Shown in pieces: positions 25,102 through 36,087 of a stretch of 64,000 nucleotides of DNA. The notes under the pieces are model-generated. The model ran no database searches and had not been told where the DNA came from. It was given only the letters and a program-made list of their open reading frames with translations. The position numbers and the translations under genes are program-made. The stretch's first letter is position 1, and each line of letters starts with the position of its first letter. Origin of the DNA: Phyllosticta citribraziliensis (lineage: Eukaryota); contig NW_027117341.1 in assembly GCF_038025025.1 (NCBI RefSeq), positions 1,860,001 to 1,924,000 on the forward strand, in the 5' to 3' direction.

Positions 25102-25571
25102 GGCTTGGTGGGTCGCTCGGTCGATGCGGTGGTGAACGGGAGCTGGCGATTGTGGTGGGGTGGGGCGGCTGGGTGTCGGTGGGTGGGTGAGGTTGTTGTT
25201 GTTGTGAGGTTGTTTGGTAGCGTAGGTGGGTGACGTGCGGAGAGAGACGACCTACGGGACGCGCCGCGGAGGTCTCGCGGCCACGTGAACGGGTCGCGAT
25301 TGTTTTTGCAGAACGAAGCGGGTCAATTGCGAATTATGGTGCGGTCTAGGCTTTGGCAGTATCTAACTGTTTGAAAAGGCTCTGATTTGGTTCCAGGCTT
25401 TTTCACGTCACACGCTGCTACAAGGTGGATAGGTATGCAAAAGTCACGGCATCACAACTACCGCCAACACACAAGCTCAGAGGTCATATTCATTCAGATG
25501 CCGGCATGCTACAGCTCATGTGTCTATTCCCGTCCCGGAACGCCGCCTCGCCATCCGGACCCTCGACGCAT

Positions 25572-26457
25572 CTATGTGTCGACCTCCATGCCGTCGTCGC
25601 CGCCGTCCTGCTCCCTGTTCTCAAACGTCGTCTCCAGCCAGTTGGCAATGGCGGGGCCCTCGTACAGCTTAAAGTCCTCGCCGACGCCAGCAACGCCTAT
25701 GCTCGTATTGTCGACCGTCAGCTGCTTGTCCTGGCTCAGGCTCTCCTTGAGGGCGCGCAGCGCGTGCTTGATGAGCTCCTCGCGGCCGCTGGCCTCGAAG
25801 TCGTCGAGGTTGCGCTCCAGGTACGTCCGCGCCATCTGCGAGCGCGCGCCGATGCCGCACGCCGCCATCTCCTGCGTCACGCCCGACGGCTGGAACTCGA
25901 ACAGGTGCGGGCCCTTTTGGTCCACGCCCGCCACCAGCAGCCCCACGCCGTACGGCCGCTTGCCGTAGTGCTGCGTGTTGGATTGGGCCCGGTCGCCGAT
26001 GCGCGCCGTGATTTCTGCCAAGGGCATCGCCCGGTCGTACGTCAGGCGCGAGGCCAGCGACTGCTGCTTCATGAAGTTGGACAGGACGCGGGCGTCCGAG
26101 GCGAGGCCGGCCAGGGCGACGCCGTAGTGCGAGTCTATCGGGATGATCTTCTTTTGGTAGGACGAGAGCTCTTCGGCGTTGCGCTGCATTCGACCGCCTG
26201 GAGTCAGCTGCGTGTTTGACGGCGGCGGGTGCGTGGGTGAGGTGGATTGGAGCTTGCCTTGATTGCTGCCAGGACGACGTGCGTCTTGCTGACGACGCCG
26301 ACGACGCAGGAGCCTTGCTTCACCGCCTCTTGAGCATATTCGACCTGGAAGATGCGGCCTTGAGGCGAGCTGGGAGCTGTCAGTGATGGCGCTCTACGTG
26401 GATGGTGGTCTCGACGCACAAGGTGACGGAGTCGTTGTCGTAATTGTTGCGGAACAT
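25572..26457 (-). CDS. PRE5: 20S proteasome subunit alpha-6
   Basis: [33 protein letters not shown]...[26 protein letters not shown] and [14 protein letters not shown]; second intron is GC-AG. Confidence 0.95.
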
Positions 26458-26898
26458 GTTGGATGGTGCAGCTCCGAGCTGGAGGAGCGAGAAAGGAGGA
26501 GAGTAGCGGAGGAGATGGGAGTGGGCGAAGTTGGCAGAGGTGGTGATGGGCGTTGGTTGTGGTGGGCAGCTTGAGCGAGGCAACCTTGGGGTTCGTAGAC
26601 GCGCGGATCATCAGAGCTTCTTTCCCGGCAGGGATCCGGTCCACGTCCAAGCAACCTGCCCTGCCCTGCCCTGCCCTGCCTGAGCACCAGCCCGGCCGTG
26701 CCAAACAACTTAACGTCAGGTCCCGTCGTCAGCGACTCGGACATCACCAACCACCACAATCCGCCTCTCGTCGTCGACGGCCTCGCAACCCTCAGGCTCA
26801 CCGCAGCCGCCGCGCCCATCTCTCGTCCACGCCCGCCGTCCGACCACCTTCAGGTCCCGTCCACCCCGCGCACCGCCGCAGCACTTCAGTTCGCCGCC

Positions 26899-27442
26899 AT
26901 GGCAGGACTCAAAACCATCATTGCGCTCTCCTTTGTGCGTATGCCCGCCCAGCTACAAGCCTCGCGCCTCTGACCCCGCAGCCAGGTTCTCGCCATCGGG
27001 TTCCTCCTCGTCATCCTGTCCTGCGCATTATGGCACGTCTACTACCCGCTGCTCGTCGTCGCAACCTACGTAATCGCGCCGCTGCCAAACTGGATCTGCG
27101 GCCGTGCCGCCAACCCCGACGACTTTATGGAGAGCGCCGGCAACGGCGTCGTTGACTTTGGTCGCTTCTTCACCGGCTTCTTGGTCGTCATGGGTATTGG
27201 TATGGATGCCCTCCCACCTTTGCTGCTGCTGCCACGTCGCTGCCTGCCAGGACACTCGCAATGGTGGCCCTCGAGGCGAATAGATGGCTGACGTCTCTTC
27301 AACTACAGCTTTGCCCGCCCTGCTGGCCCACTGCGCTCTGATCTCGGTGCCGGCCATGGTCATGTCCATCATTGGTGGCCTGCTCATCTACGGCACCATT
27401 ATAAGTTTTACCATGTTCTTCCAGGAGGACGAGGAATTCTAG
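26899..27442 (+). CDS. VPS55: Vacuolar protein sorting Vps55 (OB-RGRP family)
   Basis: MAGLKTIIALSF|VLAIGFLLVILSCAL...APLPNWIC...DFGRFFTGFLVVMGI|ALPALLAH...FFQEDEEF*. Confidence 0.92.
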
Positions 27443-27573
27443 GTTGGTAAGGACCTTGCATCTTTCTGGCAGCTGCCGGGGGCATATTGTAGATTAGGAT
27501 TCACTTCCTGTGGGCAGGGCGCTTCATGGAGCTGGGTTTCATGTCATGGTAACTTGTTTGAGCGGCAAAACTG

Positions 27574-27593
27574 TTTTTTTTTTTTTTTTTTTT
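27574..27593 (+). repeat. T20 homopolymer between the convergent VPS55 and VPS68 3' ends
   Basis: Direct reading. Confidence 0.9.
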
Positions 27594-27841
27594 GGCGATA
27601 GGTTAATATCATCCTCACGCGCAAACCGAGGTTTTGATATTGTGTGACAGTCCCCACTTTTGCCCGGCATGACCGATGACAGTCCAGCCTCAGTGCTCGG
27701 TATAGACTTGATAATGCGACAACTACTGGCTACAAGAAAAGATCCGGCTCCTTTGCGCCATTGCACTCCGTGCTGGGGAATGAAAATCCATCCAACCACC
27801 CACCCTCGCGCTCGTTCGAGGATTTGTTTTGATAGTGATGT

Positions 27842-28525
27842 TTAGAGGGCGAGGTTATAAGTATACTCATCCTCCATGTTTTGAGATACCCATAGAATCG
27901 CGGAGCTAGGCAGGTTAGTCTAGCGTGCGTGCAGGGCGAGACGGCCGACTTACCTGAGCATGACGAGAGCATTTGCGACGACATTAGACACGCCAAACCA
28001 GAGGGTGGGGAAGGGATATTCGGGCACGACGTATTTGAGCACCATGACAGTCTATCTGATCAGCATTCCGACCACCTTGCAGCACTTAACGGGGAGGGGA
28101 CATGACTTACCACACTACCGGCCAGACCCCCAGCCATTAGCGCAAAGCCCAAGAACAGCACCAGCCTAGCTTTCCACGCGACGCCATTGCCCGAGTAGCT
28201 GAAGCTGTCGGCGCTCAGGCGCGACTTGTCGATGCTGTTGATGACGAGCATGCCGAGCGCCGAGCAGATGGACGGGATCCAGTCGACAAAGGTGATGTGC
28301 ACGTCGGAGCCGTTCTTGGCGGATTTGGAAAAGGCGGCCGCGTCGACGAAGAAGAAGAAGCCGAGGGAGAACTGCGCGCAGGGGCTGTCAGAATCGACTT
28401 GGTTGCGAGGGTGGGCGACAGTGAGGACGTACCAAGGCACCGGCTGCGTACACGCCCGCTGTGCGCGTGTTGGCGCTGTTGATCCAGTGCGGTTTGGGGA
28501 AGCGGAAGAGTCTGTGGCTCGACAT
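27842..28525 (-). CDS. VPS68: Vacuolar protein sorting Vps68 (UPF0220/TMEM50 family)
   Basis: RTAGVYAAGAL|FSLGFFFFVDAA...HITFVDWIPSICSALGMLVINSIDKSRL...ARLVLFLGFALMAGGLAGS; ends ...WVSQNMEDEYTYNLAL*. Confidence 0.9.
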
Positions 28526-28831
28526 GGCGGGGGAGGCAGTCGGCGACTGGCGAGATGTGCTGGCTTTGCGGGAGGAGAGCTGCGGTGGTGGTGGTGAAGA
28601 CTGCAGTGCTGTGGGTGATGACGCTCTGCCGTTCACCTGGGCTGCTGCTGTGCTGTGCCCGGCTGCAGCTCCTCCACCGGGTGGCCCAAGCGCCGACCCC
28701 GGCACTCAAGGGGCCCGGCGCTCCGACCCGCCGATCCCATCCACCCAATCGCTCGCCGCCGACGCCAAAGTTCAACATTTCTGCCAAAACCACTCCTTCC
28801 CACGACCGCAACACTCCGCCTCCCTGTCACC

Positions 28832-29499
28832 ATGGCCCCCATCAAGTCGTCCAAGGGCAAAAGCGGCCCCCCTGCCTCCAGCAAAAACAAGCACCAAAAG
28901 AAGCGAAATGTCACGCACAACCCCGACGGCACCATCAAAGTCAGCGTTGGAAAGAACAAGAAGGAGAGGACATACACCGAGGCGCAGCTGGGGATTCCAC
29001 AACTGAACATGATTACCCCGATCGGCGTGCAAAAGGGCAAGGGAAAGAAGAAGGGCAAGGTCTTTGTCGACGACCAGGTATGGAAATTTTCTCGTGTGGC
29101 GGTTTTGGGAATGCGCTGCGAGGACCAGGTCGCTTGTGGCGCAGATTGTGAACGGGGCTGACATCAAGTTTAGCAAAGCATGCAGACCATTCTCGCCTTG
29201 GTCAACGCCGAAAAGGAGGGTCAGATCGAGTCCAAGTTGATGAGAGCCAGGCAGATGGAAGAAATCAGAGAGTCCAGGAGGAAGGAAGCAGAGGTCCGCC
29301 AGGAGGACAAAAAGTCCAAACTTGTAAGTTGAGACGTTGGAATCTTGCCTGTCGTCTTGTCTAATAGTCTGTCTAGGAGGAAAAGAAGGATTCGCTCCGT
29401 CGCAAAAGGAAGCCGAGATCTTCTGAATCGGACGACAAATCGGAAGAACCCAAGACTTCCAAACCCCACAAGCCCAAGAAGAGGGTCTCTTTTGGTTGA
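28832..29499 (+). CDS. LOC1: 60S ribosomal subunit assembly/export protein Loc1
   Basis: Basic protein with [48 protein letters not shown] and C-terminal KKRVSF; two introns. Confidence 0.88.
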
Positions 29500-29632
29500 G
29501 CCTCTTCCTTGTTGGTGCAATTCACAGTCCAAGATATTCAGCGACATGTGAGTTTGGGGGATTCTATCGGTGGGATGCTCGCAACTGAGACGATGAGACA
29601 GTTCTCCATGGCCCGGATCATTGCCGCTCATT

Positions 29633-31190
29633 TCAGGCGGCGTGCTCTTTTGGTATGTGCCACTTTCGGCGCATGGGTTCATACACGGGCCGCTTTCCTT
29701 CAGATGCATCACCGTTGCCATTTTGACTTGGCGCGGGTTTATTGGCATCAAGATCAATGTCCTTGGCGATTTTATCCAAGAACGCGACAGCCTAGACGCA
29801 TCAGTCTCTGCCCTTGAAGAAGAAGAAGGCTATACTCACAGCTTTCGCAAACCAGCGTTCGCCATTTGACTGGAACCAGCTGAGGTGGCCACCCATTGCA
29901 GTGGCACACAGCACAGTATAGGGGTTAAGCCCGAATTCACCATAGGGGATTGCGTCCTGCACAGAAATCTGCAAGGATGACTTAGCGACTGCACAACATG
30001 ACAGCAACTCTCGCTTACCGGATCATCTTCAGCGTTAATAGCAAGCAATGGAATCCTGATAGCCAAAAGCGAGTCGCAAGACGAAGCATCCCGGTAGTAC
30101 GCCGCCTCGGTTGGGTAGCCCCACGCCGGACATTGGAGTGCTCTGATTTCGTCAACATCGAAGTCTTTTTGATTGCTTTCCTCAACATACCTGTCAAACT
30201 CGTAAAGATATTTGATTTTGCGGATCTTTTCCGGGTCAATGTCCGGGTTCTTTGATATTTGATCTGCGTGTCTGTTTCACAGTCAGTCTGCGTCAATTTT
30301 GGCCAAACTTTCCCACTTTACCTTTCAAACAGCTTCTTCATGTTGTTTCCCATGAATCTTTGATAGACCTCGAGTCCCAACCAAGACTTTCGCAATCCCC
30401 ACGAGGCCACCTCCAAGTTCCACGGATTGGAGCAGACAACGGCCGCTTTCAGTTGGCAATTTTCGCCTTCCTCTCCAAGGTACTGTCTCTGTCAGCCCGT
30501 GTTTTCTTTTCGACGTCTCGGCTCATCGAGGTTTCTTACATTGGTGAGAATGTTGGCGCCGAGTGAGAATCCAATGCCGTAAAGAGGCCTGTTTGGAAAC
30601 TTTTTCCGCAGCCAGTTGACGACTTGTCTCACATCCCACGTGGCACGCGCATTGTACATGATGCTGGTGGTGATTTTGCTCATTGCACAGCCTCTCGAGT
30701 TCACGACACAGGCCTCCCACCCGAGTTCGCTGGTCAGGGGGCCGAGCACGTGTCGGAGGTAGATTTCATGGCTGCCCCCTGACAAGCCGTGGAGGGTCAC
30801 GAGCAGCGGCTTAGAGTCATCGGAGCCAACCTCTCCAAATTCCTGGTCAGTAAAGTAAGTGGTCCGGGGCGGAAGAGAAGTATCGGGGTCTTCAGAGGGT
30901 ATGCGATGAACAAAATCAACGGCAAATGTTCCGGGGTAGTTTGGGTTCTCAGACTCGAACAGTTTGCGCTTGTAGACGACGGGGACATCGCTGGACTTGA
31001 CGACGGTGTAGAAGGTCTGCAAATGGCCATTGAAGAGGAGCGGGTTGAGCTGACATGGCGGTGTGGTCTCTTTGACCAGGTCAGCAAGAGAAACAGAGTC
31101 TCCGGAATTGGTCTTTAATTTTATGGCGTCATTGCTGTGGTGGAAGGATGTTTTGGAGTGGCCGAGGACCCAGGAGAGATCTGGTATCAT
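29633..31190 (-). CDS. Alpha/beta hydrolase of the EHT1/EEB1/ABHD1-3 family (acyl-CoA:ethanol acyltransferase/esterase-like)
   Basis: LNPLLFNGHLQT, HGLSGGSHEIY, VVNSRGC, GFSLGANIL nucleophile elbow, NAEDDP and GGHLSWF catalytic residues; several introns. Confidence 0.88.
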
Positions 31191-31450
31191 GGTGAAGGGT
31201 GAGACTGGGGCCACTTTTGAAATTCGAGCCTGGTGGATGGCCGTTTTCCTTTTACGTCGGGTCAGGGTCCCCAACTGCCTCGGCTGGTCCAGACTACCGG
31301 AGATTCGCCGGTTGGACGTCACCTCGTCGCTCAGCCCACGGCAGCGCACGTCCACGGCACGTCTCACTCGACTCGACGCGCCGGACATCTTGACCTGGGC
31401 TGCCTCCATGTCGCCATGAGGAACCCCATATGACCGTCGAGCTGTCCGCC

Positions 31451-33951
31451 ATGCACTACAATTATCCCCAGCCGGGCGGTGGCTACGGCGCCCCTCAGCC
31501 ACCTCAGTTCTACCCCCAACAGAGACAACAACACCCTCCTGCCTATCCCAATGGCGCTTCTTTGCCGCCAGCACCCATCCCCGGCACCCCAGGCGCATAT
31601 CTTGCTGCGCACCACCAACAACACCAGCACCAGCACCAGTACCAGTACCGGCAAGCCCACCCCATGGTCGTGATTCCTCAAAGGCAACCTTCAAATGCGC
31701 ACCCACACCCACACCCACACCCACAACCGCCCGTCCCGCACAACACATACCAGCAGTTCGGAGGTCCGCCCATGCCCGCGCAATATGCCTCTCCACAGCC
31801 GCCTCCGCAAAGAGCGCCCTCGCGACCGTCCTATCCACAAAGCTCGTCGCCTCACCGGCCACAGACGTCTTCGGCCCCGGCGCCGCGCCCTTCTCAAATG
31901 GTGTCGGTCCAGATACCGTCCTCGAAACCTCCACAACAGACAGACTACGCACAACTTCTGCTCTCCCTTGCCGACGAGTACATACGCGCGGCGCACAAAA
32001 TAGGCCCCATCGTCCCGCTGTCGAAACGCGAAAAGGATGAGGCGCGATATTATGCACTCATGGCAAGAGGACTGGCATGTCTCGAGGCTGTCTTGAAAAA
32101 GTTCCGGCTCGTTCCACGCATGGAGGGTAAACTTATCCTCAAATTTGCCAGCCTCCTTCACGAAGAGACAGACAACGACGACACGGCGCAGGAGTTTCTG
32201 AGCAAAGGCATCACGCTATGTGAAAGGAATCGCATGCTCGACATGAAGTATAGCATGCAGCATCTGTTGGCTCGCTCGCTATTCAAGACTAATCATGTTG
32301 CCGCCATGAAGTCGATCGATACCGTCTTGCAACATGCTGAGATGTGAGCCACTTGGAGTCTCTCTCGATTCATCCGCTGACTGTCCCAGGTACCAACACA
32401 AAGTTTGGATCTACGCGTTCCGCTTCCTACGCGCCTCATTATGTTTGAAGACAGGCTTGCGTGGAGACCTGATTGCCGCCCAACATAGCCTCCGTGCAGT
32501 AGTGACCTGGGCCGAATCACAAGGAGACCGTGCCATCTATGTTACGGCCCTCGCCATGGAAGCCACGGTGCATTTGCGCATTATGGCCCCAGACAGCGTC
32601 GAACAGGCCCAGCGCGCAATTGCATCGGCACGAAGCTTGCAGCTACAGTCGACTGAGGAAGAGCTGGGCTTCATGGTACCATATCTGGACCTGATGGACC
32701 TGCTCTGCCATCTCCAAACCTCAAAGGCCTCCGCTGCGGGCGCCAAGATGTCATCATTACAAGCTATTCTGGACAATCTCATACAAAGAAAGGACCTTGA
32801 AGAGAATGAATCATTCTCCATATTGATACACCAAAGCCAATTCGGGCCATTGACTGCTATGACAGGTGGTATCTTTCAGAGGGGCAACGATGGTCGAGTT
32901 AGACTGACCGTGTCGTGGATGCGGCGGCGAGATTTGTGTGCGCTTGGATACTACCTCAGTGCCACGACATTCCAGCTGCACAGCCCGACGGCAGACAGAC
33001 TGCAGCGTTTTCTCGGGGAGGGTCTACGGATGAGTCAGGGTACGACGACCGCACACACGAGAGTATCTTCACTGACGCAAAACAGAGCATCTCCGAATCC
33101 CCGACACATCACTAGTCTCACTGCCTTCTGCTGCTGAGCGCATAGGTTGGCACCGCATTCTCTCATGGTACATGCGCGTCCAACAAGCGTTTGTCGCATG
33201 TAACAAGTGCGAGTGGCAGAACGCAAGAGCCATTTTCCAATCTCTGCAAAAAGAAGTCCGCCAGGCTCCCAAGGCAGCTCAGAAACCCATGTCCCGTTTC
33301 TCCACATACCTCGGAGCCATGATTGCCCAGGCCACGGGCGACCTCAACACAGCCCTGTCGGCCTACCGCGTCCTGTACACCAACATCCCAACCGAATACT
33401 CGAGCCAAACCGACATCAGCACCCTCTCGGCCATGAACGCCCTCCTCATCCTCCGCACGCCCACACACCCCGCCCACGCCGACGCCTTCGCCCTCCTCCG
33501 CACCATCGAAGCCAAAGCCGAAGCGCACCCCAGCGACAGCATCCGCGCCGCCGTGTACCTCCTTAAAGCCATCACGCAACAAGGGCGCCTCGACAACGCG
33601 GCGCCGTCCGTCGTCAGCATGAAGCAGAACCTGCAGCACGCGCTGCAAGCCAGCAAGCACGGCGGCAACGACCAGCTGCTCGCCATCTGCATCACGGTGC
33701 TGGCCGCCACCTTCTTCAAAGACATCGTCAGCGCCCAGGCTGACAAGGGCGCCAAGAACTCGCGCCAGCTCGCCGTCCGCGCCGGCAACCCGCTGTGGGT
33801 CGTCGTTGCGACGGGCCTCGTCGCTAATACCGCCGAGAAGAATGGGAATGTGGAGCAGGCGGCGGCGGCGAGGGCGGATGCGGAGGGCAGGCTTGCCGCG
33901 CTGCCGAAGGCTGTCCGTGATGGTTTTGCTGCGGCGGCGGCGGGGGGGTGA
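31451..33951 (+). CDS. SCC4: Cohesin loader subunit Scc4/MAU2/Ssl3-like protein with a Q/P-rich N-terminus
   Basis: DYAQLLLSLADEY...YYALMARGLACLEAVLK...LLHEETDN...LSKGITLCERN segment typical of the Cohesin_load family; two introns; alternative ATG at 31430. Confidence 0.75.
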
Positions 33952-34732
33952 TGGGTCTGGCTTCTTTTTTCTTTCTTCTCTTCTTTTATCCCTTTCTTTC
34001 TCTCTCGTCATTTTTGTTTGCTCTGTGAGGAGTGTTCCTCATTCTGTCACGGCTGTTGCATAGGTGGGTGGGTACATGGCTGGCGCGGCGCGGCGTTACT
34101 TTTGCGTGTGTAGGTATGTATGTGTATGTGGGACCATGCACACGGAACGGATGGAGCAACTGGGGTAAAAATACGGGTTGGGAAGTGCCACCAAGGCAGG
34201 GCCGGCTGAGGCGAGGAATGAAATGACACAGCGCTTTGCTGTGAGTCATCTGGTCGCGCAACTTTGTTTGTTTTCTTTTTTGTTATTCGTGGATGGATTG
34301 ACGGATCGAGTGAGGCTAGGCGCGATTATCTATCTGTCTGTCTGTGGACCCTCCGTCTCCAATGGCATCCATGTCTCTATGCTGTGCCTGGCTATCCAAG
34401 AATCCAGTGCTCCTATGCCGCCGCCATATTTTCTCGCGTCTTTTGTACACGCCGGTCTCTCTGGTGGTACGATGGCACGTCTGAGTAGGGCAACACAGTC
34501 GATGCGATTCTACCTCGTGACATGGTATTCCCCCCGCGGGTTCTGGGTGCAAGGTTTCGCTGTTTGGGTAAATGAAATGAACATTGACAAGAGGGAGCTT
34601 GTGGGGGGAAGGAAAGGGGCGAGGGGGCTTGGTGGCGTGAAGAAAATGAAAACATCGCAGCCAAGATCAACGGCGGCATGTAGACTCTATCTAGACCTAC
34701 CTTCAGATGGACGAGGAGGAAAAGGCGTGTGG

Positions 34733-34762
34733 TGCGTGATGCGTGATGCGTGATGCGTGATG
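34733..34762 (+). repeat. (TGCGTGA)4 tandem repeat
   Basis: Direct reading. Confidence 0.85.
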
Positions 34763-35951
34763 GCTGTCGCTGTCTAATGATACGTAGAAAGTACCTAGAG
34801 GTATGACGGGTAGGACGGCGATAGAAGGGGAGGTGCGCGTGAACATGGATGGATGGCTAGAGGGCTTGTGCTGCGGTATGCTATCGAGGAGGTCGCGGTA
34901 CCGTGCATCGGCGGCGACAGAGGGCGAGGGTGCCAGGCAAACGCGATCCTTAAGAGGTAGAGCAAAGGTTTCGCGCATGGGCAGATGCCGAATACGATGG
35001 GGTGGAGAGGGAGGGAGAGTGTGCAAGAGGCGGCGAAACTCCCGCCGCAGCAACCCGTTTTGGCGGCTGCTGGGCTCCTCAACACCAAGCCAAGCGGCCT
35101 CATCCTCTCTCCTCCTCTGTCCTCGTCCCGCAGTGCCACAGCATGCAAGGTAGGTAGTGGCCGACCCTCGCCGCCCTTTCATTTCGGCAACGCGCCCTGC
35201 GCCAGCCAGGCATGACAGCGACGGCAAACGGGCCATGCCGTTCGTGGCAGGTACAGCCCATTTTGGCCCAGGAGGCTCTCTGGTCGTTTGGCCGTGGGTC
35301 ATGGTGAGACGGTGAACAAGACGTGCTCGCGTTGGCGCCGCGGCGCGCCGCGCTTCTCTCCAACACGTCCTCGGAGATATGGATGGCTCTGCGCCTCAAG
35401 CCCGGCTGGATAGGAGCGGGCGGCGGCGGCGGCGGGTGCGCCCTGGAGTGCCAGGCACGACGCTACCTTAGGCGCCGCCGAGCGGGCGTAGTATAAGCTT
35501 ACCCTTTGGCGCCCGCCGCGTCGGATAAGCGGAGCTCGGTTGTGCTAGAGCTCCTGGATTGCCAGAGCCCTGAGGTGGGCTGGGGCTGGTGATAAGGGCG
35601 AAGCCGCCTTGTTTAAAGCCGATTTCACGGCGCTGCCAAATCATTTGTAAAGATGCTTTCCCTCACGCAAGGAACCCGTCGTCGTGGACCTGGAAAGTTC
35701 GATGCTGAAAATTTGCACTGCTCGTGCTGTCTCTGTCCTGTGGTGTCGTCCTTTGGTCCGGCGGGGTGAGTGGGATCGCAGCATGATTTTGCCATGGCTA
35801 TTGTCCATTCTGCCGCCATGGCAGCGTGGGACCGGCACACTTTGCAGTGGCTGAGTCCTCAGGCGTGTCGACCGCTTTGGATCTGAGATCTTGATGACAC
35901 TCTGCAACACTCTTTCTCGTTTTTGGGCGGCTCCTATTCGCACATTGTCCG

Positions 35952-36087
35952 TGTGTCGAGAGCGAGTGTTGAATTTGAATCCCCCACAGTCTCTTGGCCA
36001 GGGAGGCTGCTCCTAATCGCCAACCGTACATGTGTCGAGAACGAGTGTTGAATTTGGATTCCCCACGGTCGCTTGGACAGGGAAGCT
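35952..36087 (+). repeat. 57-bp imperfect direct repeat (35952-36008 and 36031-36087)
   Basis: 50 of 57 positions identical by manual alignment, with a 22-bp spacer. Confidence 0.9.

Noticed and set aside
30492..32057. 521-aa ORF suggesting a long N-terminal extension of the hydrolase overlapping SCC4
   Set aside because: The upstream part is antisense to the Q/P-rich SCC4 start; family similarity begins only at ATG 31190, which has a good start context
35952..36087. Repeat-spacer-repeat as a CRISPR-like array
   Set aside because: Eukaryotic context, only two 57-bp imperfect units, and no cas genes
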